A DNA stretch of 64,000 nt from Eledone cirrhosa (GCA_964016885.1 OZ024742.1:18972001-19036000), one strand, 5' to 3'; positions 38,165 to 53,115 are shown, counted from the first letter of the stretch. Numbers and translations are program-made. Notes: a model not told the origin generated them from the letters alone.

Positions 38165-38572
38165 TATAGTCTACTGTACGGGTCTGAGACTTGGACACTG
38201 ACCAAGAAACTCACTCAGATGGTGGATGGGTGTTACACGAGAATGCTGAGGATGGCTTTGAACATTAATCAGTATACACTGAGGATGAATATCTCAGAAC
38301 TGTATGGGAGCCTCCCAAGAGTCAGATCAAAAGTGACACAAAGGAAACTGAGGTTAGCTGGACATGCTCATCGACATCCAGAGTTGACACTGCACTCAGT
38401 GGTCCTGTGGGAGCCCCTACATGAACACACTGGAAGAGGAAGACCGTTGATGCCCTAAGGACAGACACTGGTCTCTTGGAGACGCACGACATGGCAGCGA
38501 TAATGAGGGAAAGAGACCACTGGAGAGAATTCGTCCATGGATCTCGGAATTATACCCGCCCTAGATAGATAG
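38165..38572 (+). mobile_element. RTE-clade LINE 3' fragment
   Basis: LLYGSETWTLTKK...DGCYTRMLRMALNI...RLAGHAHRHPEL...LWEP...GRGRP, with a (TAGA)n tail. Confidence 0.85.
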
Positions 38573-38579
38573 TCTACTA

Positions 38580-38730
38580 AAGGCGGTGAATTGGCAGAGT
38601 CGCTAGAACGTTGAAGAGAATACTTTGCGGTATTCGTTCCGGCTCTATGCTCTCTGAGTTCAAATCCCGTCGAGGTCAACTTTACCTTTCATGCTCTCGA
38701 GATCCATAAAAATAGTCTAGTCCTGGGGTT
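38580..38730 (+). mobile_element. SINE family 1, 5' part
   Basis: aggcggtgaattggcagagtc...ctgagttcaaatcccgtcgaggtcaactttacctttcat. Confidence 0.82.
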
Positions 38731-39414
38731 GCTTCTTCCTCTATATTTCTTTCTTACTTCCTCTCTCACTTTCTATCATACTATGGAAGAAATCTACTGT
38801 GTTCAGACCTGGAGACGGATGGGCTCCGCCAAGGTTTAAATGCCCAACAAATGCTACTACGGTGCCCCGTAGTGGTATACGCTACTAATGTGATCGAACG
38901 ATTGGAATACTCATCACCGAAACCGATGGACGTCCATGCCACCAGATCAGCCAATAGTAGAAATTGGCTACTAGTTGTCTTAGTACTGTTCCACCATAGC
39001 TACCATAAATGTAAGAGAGAAAAATAAATGTTATTCTATTAGTTAGATGAAACCATAATACATACACCTTTATTAAATTGTGTTCTAAATTGTGTTCTTC
39101 CACATTATAAATCAATATGTTTAGATGTTTAAACATATTCATGTGCTGAAAACATATTTACTCTCAGCCTAGTATGAAATACTGAGATTATAGACGTATA
39201 TTTTGGGGTGTTACAATGGCTATTTCGGAGGTGTAAGTTGTCAATGTTTTGTGAGACCGTCACTAGGTTTTAATAGGATCATTATTTCTGTTGTGTAATT
39301 TTTAATGTCGCCTTGTGAATACACCTACAATTATATTCTAGAATGCGTGTACTGCAGTGTCTATCTTTCTGGTTATACTGTTGTCAAATTATTGTACGGC
39401 TATTTGTGATTGCA

Positions 39415-40220
39415 TTGTTGTTAAGTGTATGTACTGTTGTGGCCGTGTTGGTGATTGTGATATTAAGTGTATGTACTGTTGTGGCCGTGTTGGTGATTGT
39501 GATATTAAGTGTATGTACTGTTGTGTCTGTGTTGGTAATTGTGATATTAAGTGTATGTACTGTTGTGACTGTGTTGGTAATTGTGATATTAAGTGTATGT
39601 ACTGTTGTGGCTGTGTTGGTAATTGTGATATTAAGTGTATGTACTGTTTTGGCCGTGTTGGTAATTGTGATATTAAGTGTATGTACTGTTGTGGCCGTGT
39701 TGGTAATTGTGATATTAAGTGTATGTACTGTTGTGGCCGTGTTGGTAATTGTGATATTAAGTGTATGTACTGTTATGGCTGTGTTGGTGATTGTGATATT
39801 AAGAGTATGTACTGTTGTGGCTGTGTGTGTGTGACAGCAAACATATGCAGATGTATCTGGCCTACTCCAAGGTATATCTCGTTGGATGTGTCTTGGGTAA
39901 TTTAATGATAGGGACCCCAGTCCTATCATCTCATTTCTACAGCTGAGTAAACTGGAGCAACGTGAAATAAAGTGTCTTGCTCAAGGAAACAACACATCAC
40001 CCGGTCCGAGAATTGAACTCACAACCTTTCGATTGCAAGTCCAATGCTCTATCCACTAAGCCATGCCCCTTCACTTGTGGCTGTGTTGGTGATTGTGATG
40101 TTAAGTGTATGTACTGTTGTGACTATGTTTGTGGTTGTGTTGTTAAATGTATGTACTATAATGTCTGTGATGGTGATGGTGGTGTCGTTAAGTGTATGTG
40201 TTAGGGATTGTGATGTTAAA
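39415..40220. repeat. 42-bp minisatellite (~10 copies) interrupted by a SINE at 39850-40072 (minus)
   Basis: Unit ttaagtgtatgtactgttgtggccgtgttggtaattgtgata. The array resumes at ~40074 after the SINE (gtgtcttgctcaaggaaacaac...ccactaagccatgcccct). Confidence 0.92.
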
Positions 40221-42039
40221 TTATGTAATGAAGTATTCATGTTGAAAATTGCCAATGATGTTTCAGTTATTTGAATTACTCATATTTTTAAAGAGGTAAA
40301 TATTTCTGGAGCCTGAATGCGTAACGTGCCGAACATCTGTGATTTAACCCTAATAAGTTACTTCAAAGCAAGATTAAATAGGATTTAAACAAATAAAAAC
40401 CATAGTTATATAAATAACATTACAAATATTGATGAAAATATGAAAGGAAAAAGAAAAAAGGATAAAAACAAAACCAAGCAACGAACAGATGCGGGAAGGA
40501 GTAAAGAGGGGCAGATCTGACTGTATAAGTAAGTAGGGGAAAGGGATATAAATTCCACAAATGAAAGAAAAAGGGGGAAGGGAAAAGTGTGATAGGCTCT
40601 ATACCTGTGGTGGGGCAGTCTTTAGGCTGCTCCCCTCGAAGAAAACTGCAAAGGCATTTCCGCGGACAAATAAATATATGCTCAAATGTAATTACATTTT
40701 TATTGTATAAGGTCCTACCGAGTTTATTTGATTTCATGCTTAAACGTAAACTCTTGTCTTCGTGGTTCGAACAATATTTGTAGTTTGAAACTCGAACCTC
40801 GTTAGAAAATTTGTCCTATTAAGGATCTCATATGGCGATATTACGGAAAGTCAATTAGAAAATGCCAGAAGGAAGTAAACGGCTTAAATACATTAAAATA
40901 TTACACAAGCTACCAAGCGCATTCATTCAAGAATACAGCATTATTGATTAATTTTATCAATAGGAAGTTAATATAAAAATATTAAACAAGAAAAATAAGA
41001 CATATTTTTAATGATTATTTACACATGGTAATTCTATTTTAGAAAACCATTCCGCAATCTAATTCAATCTTAAGCATGCTATATTAAACTATATTTCGTA
41101 ATGTTTATTATTATTATTATTTAATATTTTGTTTACCTGTCATTGCAGTAATACATTGAAAGAATTGAATTTCTATAGGGGCGTTAAAGATATGTTATCA
41201 TTTGCAGTTAAGGGAATATACTAGATATGAGCGAAAATATGCAAGGGAATTATCTCTTCCCGTAGCTTTCCCCAGGTACTGCTGCTGCGTCGATCCTTTT
41301 ATAATAAGAGTTATTTCCTTACTTGAATAAGCATGTGTTTTCAGCTTAGTTCGGTTTCTATAATAGGAAACTCATAGCTTTCCTCTTGCGCATAGTTTGA
41401 TCGCACCCTTTCCACACCTGTTTTCAGAAAAAACAACTCTGAAATCCAGTCCACACACACTCTCTTCAAATGCACATGCTTACAAAACGTTCTTTACACT
41501 ACCAGATGGTTTCCTTATCTTCCTCCTCGTTCAGTTTTATTTTATTACATTTTATTTTTCACTGTATTTTTATTTTATTTTATTTTATTTCTCGTTGTAA
41601 TTTATTTATTTTCATATTTCGTCAGCCTCCCTTCTTTTATGTCAGAAAAATATATTTTTATCACCATCTGAAATCACATAGCTCTGTTATAATGTTTCAT
41701 CTTGCATGTTTTTACCCATCCCTTCCACTAACAACACTCTCACAAGAACAAACAAATAAACAGATATTCCACTAATAACACCCTCATCAAAAACACAGTC
41801 CTACCTCCAACACTCGCACAAAAAACAAACAAACAGTTATTCCTTCATCAACACCCACACCAAAAAACCAGCTCTTACACTAACAACACTCACACACACA
41901 TAAATATATATATGCACAACAGTAATTGAATGCGAGCATGTGTGGTGTTTGAGTGTCACCGAGTTTTGAAGTGAATGCTCACTAATCGGTGATTATGCAA
42001 GAGAAAAAAAACTTTATTAGAAATAATCTATAAGTTAAA

Positions 42040-42347
42040 TGTTATATTTGTGGAGGGTTAAGTTGTCCTAATATTACCAAAAATAGTAAAGCACTTACAG
42101 AAATGTGTGATGAAAGAACTTTGAGAAAATATATTTATATTTTTAACCGTTGATTAATCAATGATAGAGATTGAATGCCAGCTAAATTATTTATAAAAAT
42201 ATAAAAATATACTGAAGTAAAAACCAAACCGAACTATGTTTTTGTTAATATTAGGACAACGTGACTCTCCCCAAATATAACAATATCTGTTTCAACACAC
42301 GATTTCATATGAAAAAGAAAAACCTTGTAATGCAAAATACATCGTCG
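42040..42347. mobile_element. Short inverted-repeat element with 13-bp TSD
   Basis: Arms 42040-42075 and 42246-42282. The tail matches 18820-18893. The direct repeat tataagttaaatg is at 42029-42041 and 42348-42360. Confidence 0.7.
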
Positions 42348-43229
42348 TATAAGTTAAATGATTTAAGTTTAAAAAACGATAAAAAGAAAAAATAGCAATT
42401 TACATTTGGCACACGGGAAACGCCGAGTATCACAGCTAGATTTATAATCAAACTTCACCCTAAACTAATTGCATCTGCGAATATTTATCAGTATTTGACT
42501 GGTTGGTACCTACTATAAATATTACTATATTCTTTAACAACATCAATTAGGTCATTTTCTAAAAATCCAAAACGGATTCCGTTGCAATACTCGAGATTGA
42601 CAAAACATTCATCATACTGCCTATTATTTTTTTCTCAGTTGAGAGCTTTCAATATAAAGTGGATAATTACTTTGTCCAAGGGTGGTAGCTGAGAGAAATG
42701 GGTTTTAAGTAGACGCAAACAACGAACTTGCCATAAATCGAGAGCACTTTGACAGGAAAAAATCGATTTGTGGCCCGAAGCTGGAAAGGAATAAAATTCT
42801 CTTGAGAAATATTTGATGCTTACAGAATAAAGATTCTGTTTAAAAAAATAATACATTGAAGTAAAGAATAATGGTATATATTACTCAACCATTTCCGGAG
42901 ATTTGCCACACATATATTTGTGTTTATAATAATACATTTTATACTTTATACCTCCTATGCCATCAATCATCTCATCAACAAATAAAAACTAGCCGATTTT
43001 GTTTCAATTACTTATTATTGTTATTTATTATTATCATTATTATTAGTAGTAGTAGTAGTAATAGTAGTGGTAGTAGTAGCAGTAGTATTAGTGGTATAAC
43101 CACCACCACCACCACCACCAACACCGCCATCGTTATTCTCATCGTTATCAATCTTATCTCTGTTTGTTGCGTGTTGTTGCTACATTACCAGGCAGTTCGG
43201 TATGCCTTGTGTATGTGTAATTTTGTGTA

Positions 43230-46200
43230 ATATATATGTAATGTTATGTTATGTATGTGAAATGTTATGTAATGTTTTGTAACGTAGTGTAATGTATGTG
43301 TAATGTATGTGTAATGTAGTGTAATGTTGTGTAATGCTGTGTAATGTTGTGTAATGTAGTGTAATGTATGTGTAATGTATGTGTAATGTAGTGTAATGTT
43401 GTGTAATGTTGTGTAATGTACTGTAATGTAGTGTAATGGTGTGTAATGTATGTGTTACGTTGTGTAATGTAGTGTAAGGTATGTATAATGTAGTGTTATG
43501 TAGTGTAATGTAGTGTACTGTAGTGTAATGTAGTTTAATGTAGTGTAATGTAGTGTACTGTAATGTAGTGCACTGTAATGTAGTGTAGTATAGTGTAATG
43601 TAGTTTAATGTAGTTTAATGTAGTGTACTGTAGTGTAATGTAGTGTACTGTAGTGTACTGTAATGTAGTGTAAGGTATGTATAATGTAGTGTCATGTAGT
43701 GTACTGTAGTGTAATGTAGTTTAATGTAGTGTAATGTAGTTTAATGTAGTTTAATGTAGTGTAATGTAGTGTACTGTAATGTAGTGTACTGTAATGTAGT
43801 GTAGTATAGTGTAATGTAGTTTAATGTAGTTTAATGTAGTGTAATGTAGTGTAATGTAGTGTACTGTAGTGTACTGTAATGTAGTGTAAGGTATGTATAA
43901 TGTAGTGTTATGTAGTGTACTGTAGTTTAATGTAGTGTAATGTAGTGTACTGTAATGTAGTGTAGTGTTATGTAGTGTACTGTAGTGTAATGTAGTTTAA
44001 TGTAGTGTAATGTAGTGTACTGTAGTGTACTGTAATGTAGTGTAGTGTTATGTAGTGTAATGTAGTGTAATGTAGTTTAATGTAGTGTAATGTAATGTAC
44101 TGTAATGTAGTGTAGTGTAATGTAGTGTAATGTAGTGTACTGTAGTGTACTGTAATGTAGTGTAGTGTTATGCAGTGTAATGTAGTGTAATGTAGTGTAC
44201 TGTAATGTAGTGTACTGTAATGTAGTGTAGTGTAATGTAGTGTAATGTAGTGTAATGTAGTGTACTGTAATGTAGTGTACTGTAATGTAGTGTAGTTTAA
44301 TGTAGTGTAATGTAGTGTAATGTAGTGTACTGTAGTGTAGTGTACTGTAGTGTAATGTAGTGTAATGTAGTTTAATGTTGTGTAATGTAGTGTAATGTAG
44401 TGTAATGTAGTGTACTGTAGTGTACTGTAATGTAGTGTAAGGTATGTATAATGTAGTGTTATGTAGTGTACTGTAGTTTAATGTAGTGTAATGTAGTGTA
44501 CTGTAATGTAGTGTAGTGTTATGTAGTGTACTGTAGTGTACTGTAGTGTAATGTAGTTTAATGTAGTGTAATGTAGTGTACTGTAGTGTACTGTAATGTA
44601 GTGTAGTGTTATGTAGTGTAATGTAGTGTAATGTAGTTTAATGTAGTGTAATGTAGTGTACTGTAATGTAGTGTAGTGTAATGTAGTGTAATGTAGTGTA
44701 CTGTAGTGTACTGTAATGTAGTGTAGTGTTATGCAGTGTAATGTAGTGTAATGTAGTGTACTGTAATGTAGTGTAGTGTAATGTAGTGTAATGTAGTGTA
44801 ATGTAGTGTACTGTAATGTAGTGTACTGTAATGTAGTGTAGTTTAATGTAGTGTAATGTAGTGTAATGTAGTGTACTGTAGTGTAGTGTACTGTAGTGTA
44901 ATGTAGTGTAATGTAGTTTAATGTTGTGTAATGTAGTACAATGTAGTGTAATGTAGTGTACTGTAGTGTAGTGTACTGTAGTGTAATGTAGTGTAATGTA
45001 GTTTAATGTAGTGTACTGTAGTGTAATATAGTGTAATGTAGTGTAATTAAGTGTACTGTAGTGTAATGTAGTGTCATGTAGTGTACTGTAGTGTACTGTA
45101 GTGTAATGTAGTGTAATTAAGTGTACTGTAGTGTACTGTAGTGGTTGTGTACAGTAGTGGTTGTGTACTGTAGTGTACTGTAGTGGTTGTGTAATGTAGT
45201 GTACTGTAGTGTACTGTAGTGTAATGTGGTGTACTGTAGTGTACTCTAGTTAATGTTGTGTAATGTAGGGTAATGTTGTGTAATGTAGTGTAATGTAGTG
45301 TAATGAAGTGTACTGTAGTGTACAGTAGAGGTTGTAAACTGTAGTGTACTGTAGTGTAATCTGGTGGACTGTAGTGTACTGTAGTGTAATGTAGTGTAAT
45401 CTAGTGTAATGTAGTGTACTGTAGTGTACTGTAGTGTACTGTAGTGTAATGTAGTGTACTGTAGTGTACTGTAGTGTAATCTAGTGTAATCTAGTGTAAT
45501 GTAGTGTACTGTTGTGTAATGTAGTGTACTGTAGTGTAATGAAGTGTAATGTAGTGTACTGTTGTGTAATGTAGTGTAATGTAGTGTACTGTTGTGTAAT
45601 GTAGTGTAATGTAGTGTAATGAAGTGTAATGTAGTGTAATGTAGTGTAATGTAGTGTACTGTTGTGTAATGTAGTGTACTGTTGTGTAATGTAGTGTAGT
45701 GTATTGTACTGTCGTGTAATGTAGTGTACTGTAGTTTAATGTTGTGTAATGTAGTGTAATGTAGTGTAATGTAGTGTACTGTTGTGTAATGTAGTGTAAT
45801 GTATTGTAATGTAGTGTAATGTAGTGTACTGTAGTTTAATGTTGTGTAATGTAGTGTAATGTAGTGTAATGTAGTGTACTGTTGTGTAATGTAGTGTAAT
45901 GTATTGTAATGTAGTGTAATGTAGTGTACTGTAGTTTAATGTTGTGTAATGTAGTGTAATGTAGTGTAATGTAGTGTACTGTTGTGTAATGTAGTGTAAT
46001 GTATTGTACTGTCGTGTAATGTAGTGTACTGTAGTTTAATGTTGTGTAATGTAGTGTAATGTAGTGTAATGTAGTGTAATGTAGTGTAATGTAGTGTACT
46101 GTTGTGTAATGTAGTGTAATGTATTGTAATGTAGTGTAATGTAGTGTACTGTAGTTTAATGTTGTGTAATGTAGTGTAATGTAGTGTAATGTAGTGTAAT

Positions 46201-49200
46201 GTAGTGCACTGTCGTGTAATGTAGTGTAATGTAGTGTAATGTAGTGTACTGTTGTGTAATGTAGTGTAATGTATTGTACTGTCGTGTAATGTAGTGTAAT
46301 GTAGTGTAATGTAGTGTAATGAAGTGTAATGAAGTGTAATGTAGTGTAATGTAGTGTAATGTAGTGTAATGTATTGTACTGTCGTGTAATGTAGTGTAAT
46401 GTAGTGTAATGTAGTGTAATGTAGTGTACTGTAGTGTAATGAAGTGTAATGTAGTGTACTGTTGTGTAATGAAGTTTAATGTAGTGTACTGTTGTGTAAT
46501 GTAGTGTAATGTAGTGTACTGTTGTGTGATGTAGTGTACTGTAGTGTAATGAAGTGTAATGTAGTCTACTGTTGTGTAATGTAGTGTAATGAAGTGTAAT
46601 GTAGTGTAATGTAGTGTAATGTAGTGTAATGTAGTGTAATGTATTGTACTGTCGTGTAATGTAGTGTAATGTAGTGTAATGTAGTGTAATGTAGTGTACT
46701 GTAGTGTAATGAAGTGTAATGTAGTGTACTGTTGTGTAATGTAGTGTAATGTAGTGTACTGTTGTGTAATGTAGTGTAATGTAGTGTAATGAAGTGTAAT
46801 GTAGTCTACTGTTGTGTAATGTAGTGTAATGTAGTGTACTGTTGTGTAATGTAGTGTAATGTAGTGTACTGTTGTGTACTGTAGTGTAATGAAGTGTACT
46901 GTAGGGTACTGTTGTGTAATGTAGTGTAATGTAGTGTACTGTAGTGTACTGTAGTGTACTGTAGTGTACTGTCGTGTAATGTAGTGTACTGTAGTTTAAT
47001 GTAGTGTAATGTAGTGTACTGTAGTGTACTGTAGTGTACTGTAGTGTACTGTCGTGTAATGAAGTGTAATGTAGTGTACTGTAGTGTAGTGTAGTTTAAT
47101 GTAGTGTAATGAAGTGTAATGTAGTGTAATGTAGTGTAATATAGTGTACTGTAGTGTACTGTAGTGTACTGTCGTGTAATGTAGTGTACTGTAGTGTACT
47201 GTAGTTTAATGTTGTGTAATGTAGTGTAATGTAGTTTAATGTAGTGTAATGTAGTGTAATGTAGTGTATTGTAGTGTACTGTCGTGTAATGTTGTGTAAT
47301 GTAGTGTAATGTAGTTTAATGTTGTGTAATGTAGTGTAATGTAGTTTAATGTTGTGTAATGTAGTGTACTGTAGTGTAATGTAGTGTAATGTAGTGTAAT
47401 GTAGTGTACTGTAGTGTACTGTAGTGTACTGTCGTGTAATGTAGTGTACTGTAGTGTACTGTAGTTTAATGTTGTGTAATGTAGTGTAATGTAGTTTAAT
47501 GTAGTGTAATGTAGTGTAATGTAGTGTATTGTAGTGTACTGTCGTGTAATGTAGTGTAATGTAGTTTAATGTTGTGTAATGTAGTGTACTGTAGTGTAAT
47601 GTAGTTTAATGTTGTGTAATGAAGTGTAATGTAGTGTAATGTAGTTTAATGTTGTGTAATGAAGTGTAATGTAGTGTAATGTAGTTTAATGTTGTGTAAT
47701 GTAGTGTAATGTAGTGTAATGTAGTGTACTGTAGTGTAATGTAGTGTAATGTAGTGTAATGTAGTGTACTGTCGTGTAATGTAGTGTAATGTAGTGTAAT
47801 GTAAGTGTAATGTAGTGTACTGTCGTGTAATGTAGTGTACTGTCGTGTAATGTAGTGTAATGTTGTGTAATGTAGTGTACTGTCGTGTAATGTAGTGTAC
47901 TGTCGTGTAATGTAGTGTAATGTAGTGTAATGTAGTGTAATGTAGTGTACTGTCGTGTAATGTAGTGTACTGTCGTGTAATGTAGTGTAATGTAGTGTAA
48001 TGTAGTGTAATGTAGTGTACTGTCGTGTAATGTAGTGTACTGTCGTGTAATGTAGTGTAATGTAGTGTAATGTAGTGTAATGTAGTGTACTGTAGTGTAC
48101 TGTAGTGTACTGTCGTGTAATGTAGTGTACTGTAGTGTACTGTAGTTTAATGTTGTGTAATGTAGTGTAATGTAGTTTAATGTAGTGTAATGTAGTGTAA
48201 TGTAGTGTAATGTAGTGTAATGTAGTGTACTGTCGTGTAATGTAGTGTGATGTAGTTTAATGTTGTGTAATGTAGTGTACTGTAGTGTAATGTAGTGTAA
48301 TGTAGTGTAATGTAGTGTACTGTAGTGTACTGTCGTGTAATGTAGTGTACTGTCGTGTAATGTAGTGTAATGTAGTGTAATGTAGTGTAATGTAGTGTAC
48401 TGTAGTGTACTGTCGTGTAATGTAGTGTACTGTCGTGTAATGTAGTGTAATGTTGTGTAATGTAGTGTAATGTAGTGTACTGTTGTGTAATGAAGTGTAA
48501 TGTAGTGTACTGTAGTGTAATGTAGTGTAGTGTAATGTAGTGTACTGTAGTGTAATATAGTGTAATGTAGTGTACTGTAGTTTAATGTAGTGTAATGTAG
48601 TGTACTGTCGTGTAATGTAGTGTACTGTCGTGTAATGTAGTGTAATGTAGTGTAATGTAGTGTAATGTAGTGTACTGTAGTGTACTGTCGTGTAATGTAG
48701 TGTACTGTCGTGTAATGTAGTGTAATGTTGTGTAATGTAGTGTAATGTTGTGTAATGTAGTGTAATGTAGTGTAATGTAGTGTACTGTTGTGTAATGAAG
48801 TGTAATGTAGTGTACTGTAGTGTAATGTAGTGTAGTGTAATGTAGTGTACTGTAGTGTAATATAGTGTAATGTAGTGTACTGTAGTGTACTGTAGTATAC
48901 TGTCGTGTAATGTAGTGTAATGTAGTGTAATGTAGTGTACTGTAGTCTACTGTAGTGTAATGTAGTGTACTGTAGTGTAATGTATTGTACTGTAGTGTAA
49001 TGTAGTGTAATGTAGTGTAATGTAGTATACTGTAGTGTAATGTAGTGTACTGTCGTGTAATGTAGTATAACGTATTGTACTGTAGTGTAATGTAGTGTAA
49101 TGTAGTGTACTGTAGTGTAATGTAGTGTACTGTAGTCTACTGTAGTGTACTGTCGTGTAATGTAGTGTAATGTAGTGTACTGTAGTCTACTGTAGTGTAC

Positions 49201-51212
49201 TGTCGTGTAATGTAGTGTAATGTAGTGTACTGTAGTCTACTGTAGTGTACTGTCGTGTAATGTAGTGTAATGTATTGTACTGTAGTGTAATGTAGTGTAA
49301 TGTAGTGTAATGTAGTGTACTGTAGTCTACTGTAGTGTACTGTAGTGTAATGAAGTGTAATGTAGTGTAATGTATTGTACTGTAGTGTAATGTAGTGTAA
49401 TGTAGTGTAATGTATTGTACTGTAGTGTAATGTAGTGTAATGTAGTGTAATGTAGTGTAATGTAGTGTAATGTATTGTACTGTAGTGTAATGTAGTGTAC
49501 TGTAGTCTACTGTAGTGTACTGTAGTGTAATGTAGTGTAATGTAGTGTAATGTATTGTACTGTAGTGTAATGTAGTGTAATGTAGTGTAATGTAGTGTAA
49601 TGTAGTGTAATGTATTGTACTGTAGTGTAATGTAGTGTAATGTAGTCTACTGTAGTGTACTGTAGTGTAATGTAGTGTAATGTAGTGTACTGTAGTGTAA
49701 TGTAGTGTAATGTAGTGTAGTGTAATGTAGTGTACAGTAGTGTAATGTAGTGTAGTGTTATGTATTGTACTGTAGTGTAATGTAGTGTAGTGTAATGTAG
49801 TGTACTGTAGTGTAATGTAGTGTAATGTAGTGTAGTGTGATGTAGTGTACTGTAGTGTAATGTAGTGTAGTGTAATGTATTGTACTGTAGTGTAATGTAG
49901 TGTAATGTAGTGTAATGTAGTGTAGTGTAGTGTACTGTAGTGTAGTGTAATGTAGTGTACTGTAGTGTAATGTAGTGTAGTGTAATGTATTGTACTGTAG
50001 TGTAATGTAGTGTACTGTAGTGTAATGTAGTGTACTGTAGTGTACTGTAGTGTAATGTAGTGTACTGTAATGTACTGTAGTGTTGTGTAATGTAGTGTAC
50101 TGTAGTGTAATGTAGTGTACTGTAGTGTACTGTAGTCTAGTGTAATGTAGTGTACTGTAGTGTAATGTAGTGTAGTGTAATGTATTGTACTGTAGTGTAA
50201 TGTAGTGTACTGTAATGTACTGTAGTGTAGTGTAGTGTACTGTAATGTACTGTAGTGTAGTGTACTGTAATGTAGTGTAATGTACTGTAGTGTAGTGTAA
50301 TGTAGTGTAATGTAGTGTACTGTAGTGTAATGTACTGTAGTGTAATGTACTGTAGTGTAGTGTACTGTAGTGTAATGTAGTGTACTGTAATGTACTGTAG
50401 TGTAATGTAGTGTACTGTAATGTAATGTAGTGTAATGTAGTGTACTGTAATGTACTGTAGTGTAGTGTAATGTAATGTAGTGTACTGTAGTGTACTGTAG
50501 TGTAATGTAGTGTAGTGTAATGTACTGTAGTGTAGTGTACTGTAGTGTAATGTAGTGTAGTGTAATGTACTGTAGTGTAGTGTACTGTAGTGTAATGTAG
50601 TGTACTGTAATGTACTGTAGTGTAATGTAGTGTACTGTAATGTATTGTAGTGTACTGTAGTGTAATGTAGTGTACTGTAATGTACTGTAGTGTAGTGTAA
50701 TGTATTGTACTGTAGTGTAATGTAGTGTACTGTAATGTATTGTACTGTAGTGTAATGTAGTGTACTGTAATGTACTGTAGTGTTGTGTAATGTAGTGTAC
50801 TGTAGTGTAATGTAGTGTAGTGTAATGTATTGTACTCTAGTGTAATGTAGTGTACTGTAGTGTACTGTAGTCTAGTGTAATGTAGTGTACTGTAGTGTAA
50901 TGTAGTGTAGTGTAATGTATTGTACTGTAGTGTAATGTAGTGTACTATAGTGTACTGTAGTCTAGTGTAATGTAGTGTACTGTAGTGTAATGTAGTGTAG
51001 TGTAATGTATTGTACTGTAGTCTAGTGTAATGTAGTGTACTGTAGTGTAATGTAGTGTAGTGTAATGTAGTGTACTGTAGTGTACTGTAGTGTAGTGTAA
51101 TGTAGTGTACTGTAATGTACTGTAGTGTAGTGTACTGTAGTGTACTGTAATGTACTGTAGTTTAATGTAGTGTGTAATGTAGTGTAATATAGTGTACCGT
51201 AATGTAATGTAG
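43230..51212. repeat. ~8 kb pentamer satellite (TGTAG/TGTAA/TGTAC) with 10-bp higher-order period
   Basis: Seen directly: gtagtgtaat and gtagtgtact decamers with local variants. Confidence 0.98.
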
Positions 51213-52160
51213 TATGTGTGTATGTGGGAGTGTGTGTATGTGTGAGTGTGAGTGTCTGCATGTGTGTGTGTGTCAGTGTGTGTATGTATGAGTGTGTGTA
51301 TGTGTGAGTGTGTGTATGTGTCAGTGTTTGTATATGTATGTATGTGTATGTGTGAGTGTGTGTATTTGTGAGTGTGTGTATGTGTCAGTGCTTGTATGTG
51401 TATGTGTGTGTATGTGTGAGTATGTGTATGTGTGAGTGTGTATATGTGTCAGTGCTTGTATGTGTGAATGTGTGTATGTGTTAGTGTGTGTAGATGTGTG
51501 TGTGTGGATGTTTAGTGTGTATGTGTTTGTGTGTATGTGTGAGTGTGTATATGTGTCAGTGCGTGTAAGTGTCAGTGTGTGTGCAAGTGTGTGTATGTGT
51601 GAGTATGTGTGTATGTGTATGTGTCATTGTGTGTGTATGTGTGTATGTGTGAGTGTGTGTATGTGTGAGTGCCTGTATGTGTCAATGTGTGTGTGAATGT
51701 GTGTATGTGTGAGTGTGTGTAGGTGTGAGTGTGTGTATGTGTCTCTGTGCGTGTGTGAGTGTCTGTATGTGTCAGTGTGTGTATGTGTCAGTGCGTGTAT
51801 GAGTGTGTCAGTGTGTGTATGTGCGAGTGTGTGTATGTGTCAGTGTGTGTGTGAGAGTGTGTGTATGTGAGTATGTATGTATGTGTGAGTATGTGTTAGT
51901 GTGTGTATGTGTATGTGTGAGTGTGTGTATGTGTATATGTGAGTGTGTGTATGTGTGAGTGTGCGTGTGTGAGTGTGAGGGTGTGTATGTGTGTGTATGT
52001 GTATGTGTTTGTATGTGTGAGTGTGTTTATGTGTTTATGTGTGTATGTGTGAGTGTGGGTATATGTGTGTGTGTACGTGTGTGTGTGTACGTGTGTGTGA
52101 GTGCGTGTATGTGTCTGCGTGTGTGTGTGAGTGTACGTGTGTGTGTGTGTGAGCGTGTGT
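51213..52160. repeat. Degenerate (TG)n-derived low-complexity tract
   Basis: Seen directly. Confidence 0.95.
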
Positions 52161-52338
52161 TTAACCTTCCCAGATCTCCTATCATTATAGATATTCTGTT
52201 CATCTCTCACATTCGGAAGATCTCCATTTCCAGATCTATGTTTAGTGTTCGCTCTCCTCTTGCTTCAAATTCTGCCAACAGTCAACTTTGCTTTTCATCA
52301 TTTTGGCGGAGACAAATGAAATACCAGTCCAGCATTGT

Positions 52339-52435
<97 letters not shown>

Positions 52436-52834
52436 CCTCTCTCACTCACTCCCTCTCTCTCTGGATTGTGTCCGAGATTCAAATCTTGTCACAATCTTTC
52501 ACATAGATTCGACCTTAAAAACAAGTTAAGGGAACATGTGACTGCGCAATTCCTAACCAATTACACATTTATTTTACGAGTAACAATACAGTTTGGCGAA
52601 CAACTGAATTCTTAATATCAAGATCTACAAGGAATTCACCATGAAAACACACCAAAATAATCTTAACAAAAATCCAGAAACATATAAACCTTAGCTTAAA
52701 TTATTGATGATAAATGTTATGTACAAATGATATTACACATGAGCATTATGAACTCAAGAAGGCCAACTGTTATATTGGTCATACAAATACAATACTTCTG
52801 CCACAGCTTACCATGCATTTCCTTTTTAGGGTGT

Positions 52835-53115
52835 GAAGAACTGCGGCGTAATGGTTACGGTGCTCGGTATAAGATCGTAAACCATCAGTTTGATTACTGG
52901 TGGCGTGATATGTTCTTGAGCAATACACTTTAGTTCAAGTCGCTCCAGTTCAGCTGCAACTGTAATTCAACGGGCCGAATTTATCACACATTGTCATCTT
53001 GAATCCTCATGAAAATTCGTATCTAGGAAATTCGCTGAATGTTAATTTCAGGTGCAGGCTGTTCCGTTGATAGAATCAGATGAAATACTCGTCGTTGGAA
53101 ACAACGGAGATCCAA
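52835..53115 (+). mobile_element. SINE family 2 (diverged)
   Basis: gcggcgtaatggttacgg...tgttcttgagcaatacacttta...gttccgttgatagaatc. Confidence 0.6.

Noticed and set aside
39343-39929. Cys-rich, TM-like and Thr-rich ORFs (metallothionein- or antifreeze-like)
   Set aside because: These are translations of a 42-bp minisatellite, open in several frames on both strands.
43230-51212. Telomeric repeat interpretation of the satellite
   Set aside because: The unit is not TTAGGG or TTAGG, it is heterogeneous, and it is interstitial.
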